A program made the translations under genes and the position numbers. This document shows positions 14,156 to 29,037 of a DNA stretch of 64,000 nt, in pieces; within the stretch, counting starts at the first letter, position 1; every line of letters starts with the position of its first letter. The stretch comes from Octopus sinensis (taxonomy: Eukaryota). Below the pieces are notes generated by a model, which saw only the letters and a program-made list of their open reading frames with translations, did no database searches and was not told the DNA's origin. The stretch spans positions 41,850,001 to 41,914,000 of the forward strand of contig NC_043005.1 of the NCBI RefSeq assembly GCF_006345805.1. Reading direction: 5' to 3'.

Positions 14156-15455
14156 GACCGAAAGTAAATGCAACCGTACCGTACTGTGATGGAACGACAA
14201 ACTGACCTTCCAAGATTTGGTTACTATTTCTAGAAATACTTATTTATTCTATCAGCATATATAGAGTTAAGTATTCCATAGAGATATGTAACATTAATGC
14301 AATATTCGGACTGAAGCAGTAAGCAATCAAACTAGCTTGTAACTTCAGGTAGCTCTATTCGATGGGCTTTAAGATAATTTCCATTTATCCAAATTTTATT
14401 CACGAGACTAGGCGCAGAGTTGCCAGAAGATTGAAGAGATCCATTTGCAATCATCTGGTTCCACATTCGCTCTTATTTCATGTTAGCGTACGGATACTGT
14501 TTTGAAACCCGTCGGTAGATTATACCTCTAATTTGGAAGTCCAGGTTTCCCCACCACGTTACGATAAATCTCGAGGTGAAATAGCTTAAGATTACATTAA
14601 TTAGGTGAATAATACTCGTAACTGTGGAATGTTTAGGTACACGCACATTAAAATACCGATATGTATATTAGTTATAATATATGCACAGCTACTTAAAGTT
14701 TTCCGTCACCGAGGAGGTAATATTAAGTCGAAATGCCGGCGTTCTTGACCCTGTTTATACACACTACGTCTTTCCCAGGAAGAATACTGTGTTAAATTTG
14801 CTTTTTGTGATGTATTAAGGTTAGGCATATATATGCAGGCCGTTAGTTTAATCTACATATAAACGTAAATATACAAACATACACACTTACACACATTCAC
14901 ACATATACACATACAGTGTTGTTGCGCAAAACTTTGATATCAGTAAAGGCATCAGTGTAATATTTGTATGCAACCTTCGTTGGTAATTAAGTATTTATTT
15001 ACACAGAATCTACAAAAATATAAGCAGCAACGGGTTTATTTTTGCTTTTATGATAATTGTTTTAATATATATCTGTTTGTGTGAGTGTATGTGTGTGAGT
15101 GTATGTGTGTATGTATGTGTGTGTGTGTGTACATGTTTGCGTGTGTGAATATTTATGTGACTGAGCGCGTTGTCGGGCTCTGTGACGATCTGTTCGTGTA
15201 TACGTATGTCTGTATGTTCGTAGGTGGACATATTTTCATTTAGAACTTATCCAGGTTATTGGACTTCTCTATACTCAACTTTAAATGCTGACTGCATTGG
15301 AAAACTAAAATATTACTACCACTATCACCACGACAACCACCACCTGTACTAACATAAGAAGTAGTAATAGTAGTAGTATGGCAGCGCCAGCAGTGATAAC
15401 AAAAACAACAAAAAAAGAAACCAAAGTAATAATGATGTCAACAAAAAAGAAAAAT

Positions 15456-15514
<59 letters not shown>

Positions 15515-15970
15515 ATTATACATTTTGCAAATAAAGATGATAATGATGACAGCAGTGATTGTAATTTTTTTCTTTCTGTTTTGAAGATAAAATTAGATGG
15601 TCCAATTATACAGATAAATTACCAACTCCAACTTGCACTGCGAAACAGAGAGAAACAGAGAAGGTGATAGAGAGTGAAAGAGAGGGAGAGAGGGAGAGAG
15701 AGAGACAAAATGCGTTATGTACACAGACAAATATATGCTCATTATCCTACACACACAAACATATATATATATATATATAATATATATATATAAATCTGTA
15801 TACCTATCTATCTGTTTGTCTTACTATTCCTCTTTCTGTCTCTCTCGTTTTCACTCTCTCCTTCCCTCTCCCTCTCTCTCTATATATATACATACACAGA
15901 TAAATAGATATACGTACATATCTTATATATTACATATATATATATATAAATCTATCTATCTACCTATATG

Positions 15971-16130
<160 letters not shown>

Positions 16131-16172
16131 CTGTAGCCATACCTATCTATTTATCTCACTATTTCTCTCTCA

Positions 16173-16230
<58 letters not shown>

Positions 16231-16671
16231 ACCATATATATGCATATTTTAGCTATACACGTATGGGTGTGTATACACATGCCAGGCTGCTAAGTATGTA
16301 CCAAGACTAGTTAGATGTTACAAAGCACTTACACTCACTTTGAAGAAAACGTAAACGCCACCAGCATACCTTATATGTGCATCAAGGTGCGTATGTATGT
16401 TTTAAATATATTTGTTGGTTTGTTTATTGTTTCCTGCGCGTTTCTGCCAGTGAAATATATGAACTTATAGAATAATTTTCTAAGTTGATCAATAACAGCT
16501 AGTCTAAACGATGTAAGTAATTTGCTTTGCATTTGAACTTATACGCACGGTACATACATACACATACACACACATTGTTAAACGTATTTTCACACGCACC
16601 CATATACACACATACAACATATACACCACATATATTTGTGTATATGCATATAAATGTATATATGCATACAG

Positions 16672-16736
<65 letters not shown>

Positions 16737-17062
16737 TATATATTTATACATCCACACAAGTATGTAAATATACATACACACGCACAAACACACACACTTA
16801 TGCATACACATACATATATATATACTCATACAAACATACGTATATTCACGTACAGTGCAAATGAGTGTACACAGGAACATGTCTGAACATACTTTTTGTA
16901 TCTCAATATATATGAGCAAATGAAATATTGTTTACCCTAACTTTTCGCTATCAGGACAAATGTAAACCTTGTTTGCAGTCTTGTAATTAAGATTTCCCTT
17001 TTCTTTTTTTTCTCTTTAATTCGTGGCTTTAGCAGGAAGTAAGATAAACTATTATCGGTTAT

Positions 17063-17310
17063 CTTTTTCTTACTTCAGTCGTTGGACTGCGGCCATGCTG
17101 GGGCACTGCCTCATTGAAGGGATTTAATCGAACGAATCGATCCCAGTGCTTTGCTTCTTTTGTTTTTTCAAGCATGGTATTTATTCTATCGTTCTGTTTT
17201 TCTTAACCCTTAAGTAATGGAGACATAAAACAAACCAACACCAGCAGTGAAGCTGTGATGGGGGTCAAACACACATGCAAAGACACAAGCACACACAGAC
17301 ACACACACAT
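17063..17310 (-). mobile_element. SINE family A, 3' portion
   Basis: ttcagtcgttggactgcggccatgctggggcac...tattctatcg; matches 29260-29460. Confidence 0.75.
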
Positions 17311-17499
17311 ACAAATGCGTACACATATACTTACATTCAAACACAGACAGAGACGCATTCAGATAGACAGACACATTCTCTCTCTTTCTCTCTCTCTCTC
17401 TCACACATGCATATGTATATATATAAACTTGGATAAACTTAGATATGTTTCAACCAATGATTGGTCCAGGCCATGTCTAACTTAATAGCACCACCTGAT

Positions 17500-18575
17500 A
17501 GGATTATTTGAATCCTGTTTAAGTCAAGTTTTGTTTATGATCCATTGAAGTAGTGAGTTTTTGTCGGGTGAGTTGTATCCAATTATGGGTGGCTTATCTG
17601 GTATTCCTTGCAGGAATCTATCCAGACTCCGTTTAAAGTTGATGGGATCCTGTTCCTTTTTGATCTCTTTCGGGACAATGTTAAATAGGGCAGGGCCTGT
17701 TGAGGAAAAGAAATTATGTTGTAGTGCACATGTATGCTGTGATCTTGAATTGGGCAGGGGATGAATGGCCCGTGGTCCCAGTCTTGGATGAACCTTGAAG
17801 CTAATGTTCAGGTCGTTTGGGCAAAGTTGGCGGTATATTCTCCACATCGTACAAATGATGTACCGCTCACGGCGAATCTGGAGAGAGTAGAGTTTCAAGG
17901 CTTTAAGGCGATCCCAATAATCGAGAGCAGCCATGCCTTCAATTCGTTTAGTGAGTGCTCTCTGGGGTGATTCAATCCTCGAGATGTTTTGTCTTGTATG
18001 GGGAGACTACAGTGGGCAGCAGTATTCGAGGTGTGGCCGTACAAAGGAGGAGAAAAGTGGTATGATGACACCTTGTTCTCTGGACCGGAAAGTTCTTAAG
18101 TTCCAGGAACTCATCCTACGAGCTATATCGACCTTCTTGTTGATGTGTGCACTCCAACTGAGATCGTCATCAACAATTACACCCAGGTCTCTGATATTGT
18201 TAGAGGCTGTGAGCGGTTCCCCTGAAGGAAGAGAGTATGGCTGTTTTAGTGAGGAATTTCTTCCAAAATGCATCAGCTCAAATTTTCCCTCGTTCAGTTG
18301 CATTTTGTTTCTGTCTGCCCATTGACTCACAGCATATAGATCAGACTGGAGTTGAGTTCAGTCTGCTTCTTCATTGACGATTTGCTGGAGCTTAGTGTCA
18401 TCAGCAAATATTTTCACTTTGCAGTAATGTACGACACTGGAAAGGTCGTTTATGTAGATTATGAAGAGTAGCGGACCCAAGACAGTCCCCTGGGGGAGTC
18501 CGCTGGTGACTTTTGCTGGGCTTGGGTGGACTCCATCAACTACAACATGTTGTGTTCTATTCCCCAGGAAATACT
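17500..18575 (-). mobile_element. CR1-group LINE, 5'-truncated RT and 3' end
   Basis: [67 protein letters not shown]. Confidence 0.9.
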
Positions 18576-18699
<124 letters not shown>

Positions 18700-18723
18700 C
18701 ATATATACCTACATATACATACA

Positions 18724-18759
<36 letters not shown>

Positions 18760-19260
18760 TAAGTTTTTCTTTCAGTTTCCGTCTATCAAATTCATCCACA
18801 AGGCATTTTGTCTCCCAGAAGCTATAATAGATGAAACTTTCTCAAGGTAGAACGCAATGGGAGTGAACCTGGAACCAAAGAGTTCTATTCCCTTTGTCTA
18901 TCAAGAATATTCCGAGTCTGATTAATATATTTCTTACCATCACTCTCATACTTTACAAGCTAGATTCGGTAAGGAAATATCAACGCAAACTTGAAACATC
19001 ATTTTGTCAGTGATACTCAGAGTAAAAGACATATAAAGGGCAGAATTAGTATCCTTCATGTATTTATTTGTAGAGTATGTAGTGGTATCTTCAGAATTTA
19101 AATACTGTTGTATCCACTTTACCTTTCAGTTCAGCAAATTGTAATAAAAATCAAGTTTTGCTGTTTAAAACAAGATCAACCGTGATCCTAAAGTTTTATG
19201 AACAATGACCTTCCATCACGTGTTTTATATTCAAAAATGGTATTTCTATAGTAAAGCATA

Positions 19261-19326
<66 letters not shown>

Positions 19327-19343
19327 ATATATATCTATATATA

Positions 19344-19386
<43 letters not shown>

Positions 19387-19389
<3 letters not shown>

Positions 19390-20996
19390 TGGCGGCCAAA
19401 ATGTTCAGAACGGCATTGTTTTCGTCAGAAAAGTAGATATAATTTTTTATGAAAGTTGTTATATATTCTATAATTTTCACAGACAATAAATGCGATATTA
19501 TTTGTTATTGCCTGAGATTTTGGTGTAATTTGAGAGGATAATACAAAAGTTATAGATGATTTAGTGATTTACTGCAAAACCCATGGCGGCTAAAATGATC
19601 CGAACGGTTGCTTTTACTCTGTGTTTTAGAACATTTAACCGGCGAACTCTAATGTTTTGAATTTGTTTACGTGACGGTTCGTTTACTAAACATTAGTAAG
19701 AATATTTGCAGTGTACTTTGTTAATATAATGCCACTTACTCCGTTACCAATTCGTCAGCAGATTATTAAGCTTCGAAGGAAGGATAATTTAAGTATTGGA
19801 TCTATTGCAAAGATTGTTAACAAGTCAAAAAGTGTTGTACACGGTATTTATTCTTAAGGTCTACGATGATTGTGGTTCGTGTGAAGCAAGAAAGTTTACA
19901 GGTAGGCCAAGGAAAACGACCAAGAGAGAAGATCGTGCTATGGTAAAGTTGGTTAAAAAGGACAGATTTAAAACTGCTGCTGCTGTTTCTCGGAAACTTT
20001 ATCTCGAAGAAATGTGTCTCGTCGTTTAGTTGAACAAGACCTACAAGCAAGAGCACCTGCAGTGAAGCCACTGATCAGCTCCAAGAATAAAAAGTGTCGT
20101 CTTACCTTTGCAACCAAACATGTGTTGTGGTCTCAAGAAAAATGGCAAACGGTGCATTTCAGTGATGAATCTAAGTTTATGTTATTTGGCTCAGATGGGA
20201 AAAGGTACGTTCGTAGAAAAGTAGGTGAAAAAATGTCGCCTAAATGCCTTAAGATTAGTGTTAAATTCGGTGGAGGAAGTCTCATGGTTTGGGGGATGAT
20301 ATCTGGAGATGGTGTGGGCCCTTTGGTGCGATTACATGGAAAGGTAAACGCAGGAGTTTATAAACAACTTGTAAAAGATCATGTCTTGCCTGTGCTGAGA
20401 AATTCAACTAAACGACCACCCATATTCATGCAGGACAATGCCCCATGTCACAAGGCTAAGGTGGTCATGAACTTCCTTAAGGCTGAAAAGGTTATTGTTA
20501 TGGATTGGCCTGCTTAAAGCCCAGATCTCAATCCTATTAAAATTGTATGGAATATTCTAGGAGAACGTTCGAAAGCCAGAAATCCTAAAACAACTGAGCA
20601 ATTATGGAATGCCCTTCAGGAAGAATGGAATAAGATCACCCAGCAAGAAATTGATAATTAAATTTCTCATGCAGTCAAAGATGTCAGAGTGTGATTGAAG
20701 CTAAAGGGCTTCACACTAAATATTAAATAATTCCTGTATTCTCTGTCATTTTTGATTATTTTGTTATTTTTTCAACCGTTCTGATACTTTCGGCCGCCAT
20801 GGGTTTTGCAGTAAATCACTAAATCATCCATAACTTTTGTATTATCCTCTCAAATTACACCAAAATCTCAGACAATAACAATTAATATTGTATTTATTGT
20901 CTGTGAAAATTATAGAATATAAAACTACTTTGATAAAAACTTATATTTACTTTTCTGACGAAAACAATGCCGTTCTGAACATTTTGGCCGCAACTG
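19387..20996 (+). mobile_element. Full-length Tc1-like DNA transposon with ~220-bp IR/DR-type TIRs, TA target duplication
   Basis: TA-cagtggcggccaaaatgttcagaacggcattg...caatgccgttctgaacattttggccgcaactg-TA; inner repeat tggcggctaaaatgatccgaacgg at ~19584. Confidence 0.95.
19729..20726 (+). pseudogene. Tc1 transposase (DD34E type), disrupted
   Basis: GRPRKTT, HFSDES, VWG, FMQDNAPCH, WPA*SPDLNPIK; frameshifts, in-frame stop at 20515-20517, E to K. Confidence 0.92.
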
Positions 20997-23128
20997 TATA
21001 TCCATAATATATATCCTCCTATTTAGAAAACATATCGGTCGGTGTAATTGTGTTTGTTTGCCATCGCGTGAAATCTATATTAGTAAATTCCTAAAATAAC
21101 CTTTAATGATTGAATTAATTTATTTTAACCTTACATTTACCCAACTAAACTTATTGCCTGCTCCTTAAAAAGAATTTATAATTAAAATAACAGTTTCACA
21201 ACTGACTCTGTGAATGCTGTTGAATAATGGAAGCGGCTGAATGCTAGTAAAAATTTCTTTGTGGTATTTATTTTTCTATTCTATTGATAGAGTGGAAAAT
21301 GTTTCACTTTCTTCTGACAGTGTGGAAAATACTGGATACTACTTTAATGGGATCACTTCAATCTACTTATAACCATCTTCGGATGTCAGGAACCCTTAAT
21401 ATACAAGATTAAAGAGAATAGTCACAATTTCAACGTCCTTAAAAATATCTCAACGGGATCAGAGATGGTTACAGGCTCAATAACAATAGCATCATATTTG
21501 TAGTAGAGCTCACTAAAGGTTGGCATACATCACTTCGAAATATCAATGAGAGACATGCTCAGATTTTTGTTAGAAATCGGCATCTTTATCGGTAATTGAG
21601 ATATTGGACCCTCTTTATATTTAATTAATTCGAGTGACCATAAGACTTTAGTCTTATGGTCATGTTGAAGCCCCACTTCAAGTTTCGTATGTCACTATTC
21701 GGCGGTATTTGTATGAGAGAAACTTACTCAGGTGATTATTTTAAACAGGAAACCCTGTGAAACAATTGGATATCCTTACGTAATCTACACTGTGCAAAAG
21801 GAAGTCTGCCATGTTAGATGGTGAACATTCTGTAATATAAAACATCGTATTGGTGTTTAATTATTTCACATTCTAGAGTTAATACAGTCCATTGCTGCAG
21901 ATTTCTCGTTTAAAGGTATCTGTAAGCGGTATATCAGCAGCCGTAAAAACGATAGTTTAGCCCACATATGGTTGGAAAGGTGTTAACAAAGTAAATTAGT
22001 TACAACTGAGAAAGGAAATGATTCGCAAAGAGCTATTTAGTTCACCAAGAGTTTATCACATAAGCTACGTCACTGGTGATACCTTGAGTAGTAAAATATA
22101 AATATTAAAAGTGAAAGTAAAATGGAAATTAAAGGGAAATGTAGTAATGCGTAAAATTGTCTTAGATTTCTATTTAATAAATATGCTTTTATTGCTTCAT
22201 TATAAATACGTTGAGACATCAAGTGTTTCAGAATACTTCTTTAGTAAAATCTGATTAAGTTGTTTCGCTTCGATTTCATTTGAAGGTAGCTGCAAGCAGA
22301 TAACATTATCTGACTTGTGCATCCGTGATCATTAAAATCAACCTGGATTATTTGCCTTAAGTTTACCTCAGTTACTTCCATGGCATCTGTCTTTCATTGA
22401 TCTTCTTTATATCTCCTACCAACAAATTATAGAATAAATTATAGAATACATCAGAGTTTTTGATCATATTTGATAATCACTGTTCTTGTTTTCTTTCAAT
22501 TTTGTAAAATAACAAAAACATAGCACAAAAATTTCGAGAATTTTCACTTTTTTCTTGCATATGAAAGTATATAGATGCTTTGAGAAGAAACAAAACGTTA
22601 ACACGATAAAAGGAAATCCAGTAGACACTTTATTCGTGTTAAATATCACGAGTAATTAAAATGTATCACACAGATCTTTTGAATAATTTGCCATTTCTAG
22701 AAATTGAAATAAAAAATAGCAACACCAACATCTATCATTCTTACATTATGTTAACAAATATTACTCATATAATAACTTTCGAGTTTGGAGCTAAAATATG
22801 TATTACGTTTAACATCTAATTCGTGGTTCTAAGAATATAGATTATTATTGCCCTGCCGTTTATTATGAATAAAATACATTGTTTAGTAGAAAATCGCTGA
22901 GTGGGTAACATCCAGGTTTCCTTATCATCAACCCAAGAGCTTGAATAGAAACTCATGTCCTAACAGTTGACGTAGAAAGTATGGTTGAAATTTCTCAGAG
23001 ATACGTAAATCTTATTTTCGTATGTAAGCGAAGCGTTTACCTGAAAAATAAATTGCAGAAACGAAAGTTACAAAATATGAAACTTTATAATTAGAGTACT
23101 TACTAAAATGTGTGTAATATCCATAGCA

Positions 23129-23470
23129 TCAGTTCCTCGTGATTGGTGATCTCACCGGAAGATTAATGATAGTTGTTTTTGATAGTACCCTATGGAGTAG
23201 TTACCTGAGTGACTCTATCCCCACGATCTTCTCAAGTCTAGTGGGCGGAGAAGACGGGGCCTCGAAAGCAAATGCAACCATAAAGTGATGAAATGACAAA
23301 TTGACCTTCCTAGATTTGGCTGCTATTTCCAGAAATATCTATTCATTGTATTAGCATATATACAATTGAATATTATACAGAGATACAATATTACATAGAG
23401 ATATGTAACGTTAATGTAATATTCAGACAGAAATAGTAAGTATTCAAACTAGCTTGGAATTTCAGGTAGC
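23129..23470 (+). repeat. Diverged direct copy of 14027-14355 (RTE tail plus downstream sequence)
   Basis: Shared blocks gttacctgag.gactctatccccacgat, tgaccttcc.agatttgg, catagagatatgtaac, caaactagcttg...ttcaggtagc. Confidence 0.8.
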
Positions 23471-23471
23471 C

Positions 23472-23726
23472 CTTGTTTGCGGAAGACCAGCAGTCGCCCA
23501 TGCATACCAGCATCCCCTGTCCACGCCACCGCTGTTATCCAAGAGAAAAACAAAGGTCGATACAGTTTGGCCCCAGTGACGTCGCAACTCATTTCTACAG
23601 CTGAGTGAACTGGAGCGACGTGAAATAAAGCGTCATGCTCAAGAATGCAACACACAGCCCGGTTCGGGAATCGAAATCACTACCTCATAATTGTGAGCCC
23701 GACGCTATATCCACTGAGCCATGTGA
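23472..23726 (-). mobile_element. tRNA-derived SINE (family D)
   Basis: Minus strand catggctcagtggatatagcg (A box)...atttcgattcccg (B box)...tcttgagcatgac core-like segment. Confidence 0.75.
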
Positions 23727-24029
23727 GACAAGACAAACAAGATTTATAAAACCGATAGGATGGGTGAAAGGCATCATATATAGTATGTGAAAAAAGTTAA
23801 AGAAATTAATGAAAATTACATTAAATTACATACAATAATTAGAAAATTGTAGAAAAACACATCATAATTAAATATGAAACAAAACAAAATATTGAAGTTT
23901 TTCCTCCTACATATAGTTGGGAATCCACGTGCTACGTTGAGTCAGAGAACTCTACTATACACTTAATTTGCACAGTTTTATTCCACTTTTTATATAACGA
24001 GAATCTGTTGTTCCGAAAAAATTCCTGCG

Positions 24030-24700
24030 TCATTTATGTATCGGAGGTTGTCATGGATAGGTCTACTTTTATCCGTGTACACCACCTCCGAAACTTTGCT
24101 AGCACCTTGGCCAAAATCATAAATTCTGCATTTGACATAATTATATGGAAATTATCAATTACATCACACTAGTTTGCATCCGTCTTCATCAGTGGTACTA
24201 CTCTCCAGTGGACATAATTTAAAGAGTCGGTGAACCAATATGGCATATATACATGAAGATGGTAGAGTATGTCAAACAAACCACGTGATCTTTCCTATAG
24301 AAATTAAACCTTTCTCCCAGACTGTTTCTGAGACCCAACTTATTTGGAACAACTTCCGAGGTTTGAAACGCACGGAGGTGTTTTTCCGGATCGCAATATA
24401 TGTACGAGTAACTTAGTTGAAACCACGGTTCAATGTAAGAAGCCGCTGTTCGGCATGGATTTGGTTCACCAAGTGCTAATTGCAAGCCGAACTACCTTTT
24501 CTTTTTAATGTAGGATCTTGATACGTTTTGATGCCCTTCTAGAATTGTTCCATTCCTTCTGATTTCTGTTGTACTCCACTGCATGACTGATATCATTTAC
24601 ATATGCAAGCATGGCCCTCATGAGTCCCACTTTGAATGGGATGGCCCTCAATTTCTCCAACCTCTGTAGTAAAGGCTCTAGTGTCAAAACATATAAGAGA
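24030..24700 (-). mobile_element. Degenerate, rearranged L1/Tx1-like RT fragments
   Basis: TLEPLLQRL...AYVNDI (YADD region, ORF 24505-24687); DVIDNF...LAKVLA and RPIHDNLRYI near 24170-24035. Confidence 0.6.
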
Positions 24701-27055
24701 CAAGAAGTAGCCTCCAGTAATACGAAATAATCACCTCCGTTATGTTCTCTTATATGCTAAGTAGATTATCTTTAAGGTAGATATTTCATTATTACTCATT
24801 TAAAGATTAATAACATTCATTTTTATTAATTTCAAACGAGCAAACCTTGCTGATGATCATTATCGTCCAGCGTTCATGTGCAGAATATTACAATATCACC
24901 ATGTTGTTCTTTGGTAAACAAAAAGAAAACATCGATAAAAATAATATGAATAGCAAAGGAAAACTACATGTGCAGTTATAAATCATAAAGTATGAATTAT
25001 TGTTGGGTATTGTGTTCATTGATTACAAAAGTTGAATCTATCTAAGCATTTTGCGATGAGAGTGGATAAAAACTGTCAACAGTTCGCAAGTTTATTAAAT
25101 CGTATATATCGCCGAGAGACACTAAAACATTGCTACAGGGACGTATTTTTGTACTGATGACAACATAGAATGCTACGTTTTTGCAGTTGATTGATGCAGT
25201 TTTGTATTAAATTTAATCCATTGTGAATTTGATTTTAATACTTTTTCATCACACTTTTCATCAAAAATAATAAAATAAAATGTAAGCTTCAAAATCAATA
25301 TTTTATTTTAAAAAATGATGTCTAGTATAATTATAAAAGCGACAGAGAATTCCAATCTTGGCATATTTAATATGTAATTTTTGTATTTATATTTTCTAAA
25401 GATTGATAAATAATAGTAAATTTGACATATCTATAAAAATATCCATTCATATATTTTCTGTATTCGCGCTTAACAATGATATGATGTATCACTATAAAAA
25501 AAAAACATCTTTCTTTTTTTTTTTTACTTTTTTGTGTCAGTGTTGTTAGAAACTCATGCATACATTCGTGATGCGTCAGTAATTCTCAGAGTAGCACATG
25601 TAAATAAAGCAACAGGTATGTAACCAGTATGAATGTAACAAAACTAAAGTTATAAGCATGGTTTTTATGGCCAAAATGCAAGCTTTGCTTGTGTTATTCG
25701 ATGGTTCTTATCGGTGTACGTCAAATATATCACGTCAATCCCCAGGTAGCAAAACCCAGATAAAATGGCGTTTTATTATAGGGAGATGCTATGCGCTATT
25801 TCTGTTTATTGCAATACAATCATGAGTAATTTTCTGACGTACAGGAACATATAATTAACAAAATTACTTCAAATATAAACAACGCATAACAAATTTATTA
25901 TAAACGTGTATTTTATTCGGTTGAACTGATCATGTAATTCAATTCCAATATCATTTTCAAATTATGTATACTTGTGCAATTCAGAGTTTAACTCAGTATT
26001 CCGGCAGTGCAGGTTTTGACAACACACTTGCAACATAAGTGGAGAAGGAATTTCAACTGTTGAAGTATAATTCTACCTAATTTATATGGCGCGTAATAAA
26101 CGAAACAAGAACAGTAGAATATAAATGTGGGACGAATATATAATTGACGCACTCATGGGAATGGGTGAATTATTATAAGTTATATCTTGTTAAATATTTG
26201 ATGTTACACGCTAAAAAAATTAATTTAAGAAATGAATTATTTACTGTCAAGCTGATATTGCAGAAGATATAGTATCTTGTCTTCACTTCTACGTGGATTA
26301 CTTTAATCGTATAATAATGAGAAATGTAGAAAAGAAAGAAGGTATAATTTACTTCGATACAATATTTTAGAAAGTCCAAAGGGACTTAGTGTTACACCAA
26401 AACACAATTTCTCGATAGCCAGAATATCAATAATGCTAATAGAACTAAAAATGATGGAAATAATATGATATATTTATTACACTGAGGATTCATATTGCAT
26501 TAAACACCATCAAAAAGAAATTATGCTAGCGAAGGATAAAGAAGCAAGGGAATAGGGCAAATGTAGAGTGTGTATGATTATCACTGCTGCTCGGTTATAT
26601 TTTGTATTCCATAAGTAATTAGGCATATTTTCATTAATAAATATAATTGTAGGAATTCAAGATTATATTCGGAAAAATAATGTAAAATACACTACACTCA
26701 GAATAAAATTTTTAGTTTCATTATACAGTGAAATAAGCAAACATATATGAATTTATGGGCCCCATTAATTAAAATGTGAATGTCAACTTACTTTTTAAAA
26801 AAGAGATAAGCACAATTAAACGGTACGATTTGGGGAACAAAAGTTTAAGACCGAAGCATTCTAATGATCCTACTGACATGAATTGAATCCTCCAACTAAG
26901 AAAGTGGTTGCCTGGTTTGCTTTCGTCTGTGACTATTTGCACGCATAAATTCTAATTCGCACGCGCGCATGCACACACACACCAACATATGTATGTCTGT
27001 ACGTATATCTACGAATATATGCATGTGTGTATCTATCTATCTCTATATTTATCCT

Positions 27056-27133
<78 letters not shown>

Positions 27134-28007
27134 AGGGATAGAGAGCGAGAGAGAGGAGGAGAAAATGTGATAGAGATTGTGAAAGAGAGAGTGAGAGAGA
27201 TGGGGAGAGAGAGAGAATGGAAAGTTTTATCTTTCTGAAATAAACGATGTCAAATTCCACTATTGATGATATTGTTTCAACGAAAATTAGCTTCAATTTA
27301 TATTATTGAGTGAAATCATACAATAATCATAATATCTAAGATACCAAGTTTATAAATCTATATTGAAATCCAAAACCAAAACAGCAACAACAAACGTAGA
27401 ATATAAAAAAATACCGAAAATATTTGCTCTAATATGAATATTGTATGTTGTTTCGTTCACTCTATGCCAGACATCGTCAATTAAAACTTTAATAGTCTTT
27501 GATTTCAATTGATTGAAGAATGTGGAAGGCAAAGTTCATAGCAAGTGCTCCTTTCTGTAATGTATGACATCATGCAATATAATTGGCTTAACTTATAATT
27601 GTGTGTTGTTTTTTAATCGATGAATCATTAAAATTTCCAGTTTCAGCAAAGTAGTGTTTAAGTACTGATATAGTTTACATCAATTTTCAACTTTTCAAAA
27701 TTTGTTCACATTTCGGAAATGTCTCAGTGTGGGCGGGTGGGTTATAATTTTCTATAAAACTAAATTAGTCGTAGTAGTTTTCCTTCAATTTGATATAGTC
27801 TCAGTTATCGAAGAAGAAATGTTCTATTAATTATCATTTATTTTTACGAGGAATAAAATACAGTCGTGTATTTAATTTCAAATCCCGCACTTTATCCGTT
27901 TTTGATCGAGAAATATTAAAATAGTCAAGTAGCTGGGTAGATTCGATCTCCTGTTTCAATACTTCAAATATATATTCACAAAACTATGGCATTAGTATTA
28001 CCTGTAT

Positions 28008-28410
28008 GGCCGAGAGCTGGTAGAATTCTTAGTACGCCAGAGAAAATGCTTAGTGGCATTTCTTCCGGTTTAACTTACTGAGTTCAAATTCCAACAAGGT
28101 GAACTTTGCCTTTCATCTTTTGGAGGTTGAACACTGAGGTCAATGTAATCGAAGTATGCCCTCCCCTGAAATTGCTGGCCTTGTGCCAAATTTTGAAAAT
28201 AATTTAATAATGATTATGGTGGAGAGCTGGCGGAAATGTTAGTTTAGTGGCATTTCTTCCGGCTTTACGTTCTCAGTTCAAATTCTACCGAGGTCGACTT
28301 TGCTTTTTATCCTTTCGGGGCCAATGAGATCAGTACCAGTTGAGCACTGGGGTCGACGTAATCGACTAATCTCTTCCAACAAAAAATTTCAGGTTTAATG
28401 CCTCTAGTAC
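28008..28410 (+). mobile_element. Two tandem family B SINEs (28008-28193, 28218-28410)
   Basis: gagagctgg...gagttcaaattc...actttgcctttcatc...ggggtcga repeated. Confidence 0.85.
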
Positions 28411-28794
28411 TCAGAATTATTATTATCATCTGTATCATGTGTATTATAGGAATATAGGAGAATATTTATATATTATTGCTAGTTTCTTTTACGGTAAGGT
28501 ATGTTTTATCGAATCTGGCATTATTTTAGTGTTTGTTATATATAAAATGAGTGAGTTGTTTGTTTTACTGTTCTGTGGTCAAACTGCGTGTATTGTGCAA
28601 ATTGTATTATATAGTACCGGTTGAGTACAATGTCCGTTGTTTTATTTTATTGCACGGTTGTTCTGTAGAAAATGTGCTGTGTATATTTGGGCATCGATTG
28701 TGTAGAATATGCCGTGTGGATTGTGTAAGGATGTTGTCTAAGTAGAATATGCTGTCATGTTTCATTCTTCTATTGAGTAATAAATGTATAGAAT

Positions 28795-28906
28795 ATGATT
28801 TGTAGATATCGTCGGTATCTACAAATCAAATTTGAGCGCAATCGGATGGAGGATGACCGAGGTCCTAGATGACACACACACAGGCAGAACGGATTTTATA
28901 AAATAG

Positions 28907-28908
<2 letters not shown>
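28795..28908 (-). mobile_element. Helitron-like 5' terminus fragment
   Basis: Minus strand a|tctattttataaaatccgttctgcctgtgtgtgtgtc...ccgattgcgctcaaattt; ends in a 13-bp-arm hairpin. Confidence 0.45.
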
Positions 28909-28937
<29 letters not shown>

Positions 28938-29037
28938 TGTGTGTGTGTGTGCGTGTGTGTGTGTATACATGCACAGGTATTCATATGCAATCGCATGCAC
29001 TACACTGTTTTTGAGGTAATTTACATGTTTTGTAATT

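Noticed and set aside
24165-24200. CTGATGAAGAC on the minus strand as a hammerhead core
   Set aside because: No matching GAAA/stems; lies within L1/Tx1 RT coding remnant
25560-26780. Repeat-poor stretch with TTTATGG homeodomain-like sites as a possible enhancer
   Set aside because: Short motifs expected by chance in AT-rich DNA; needs conservation data
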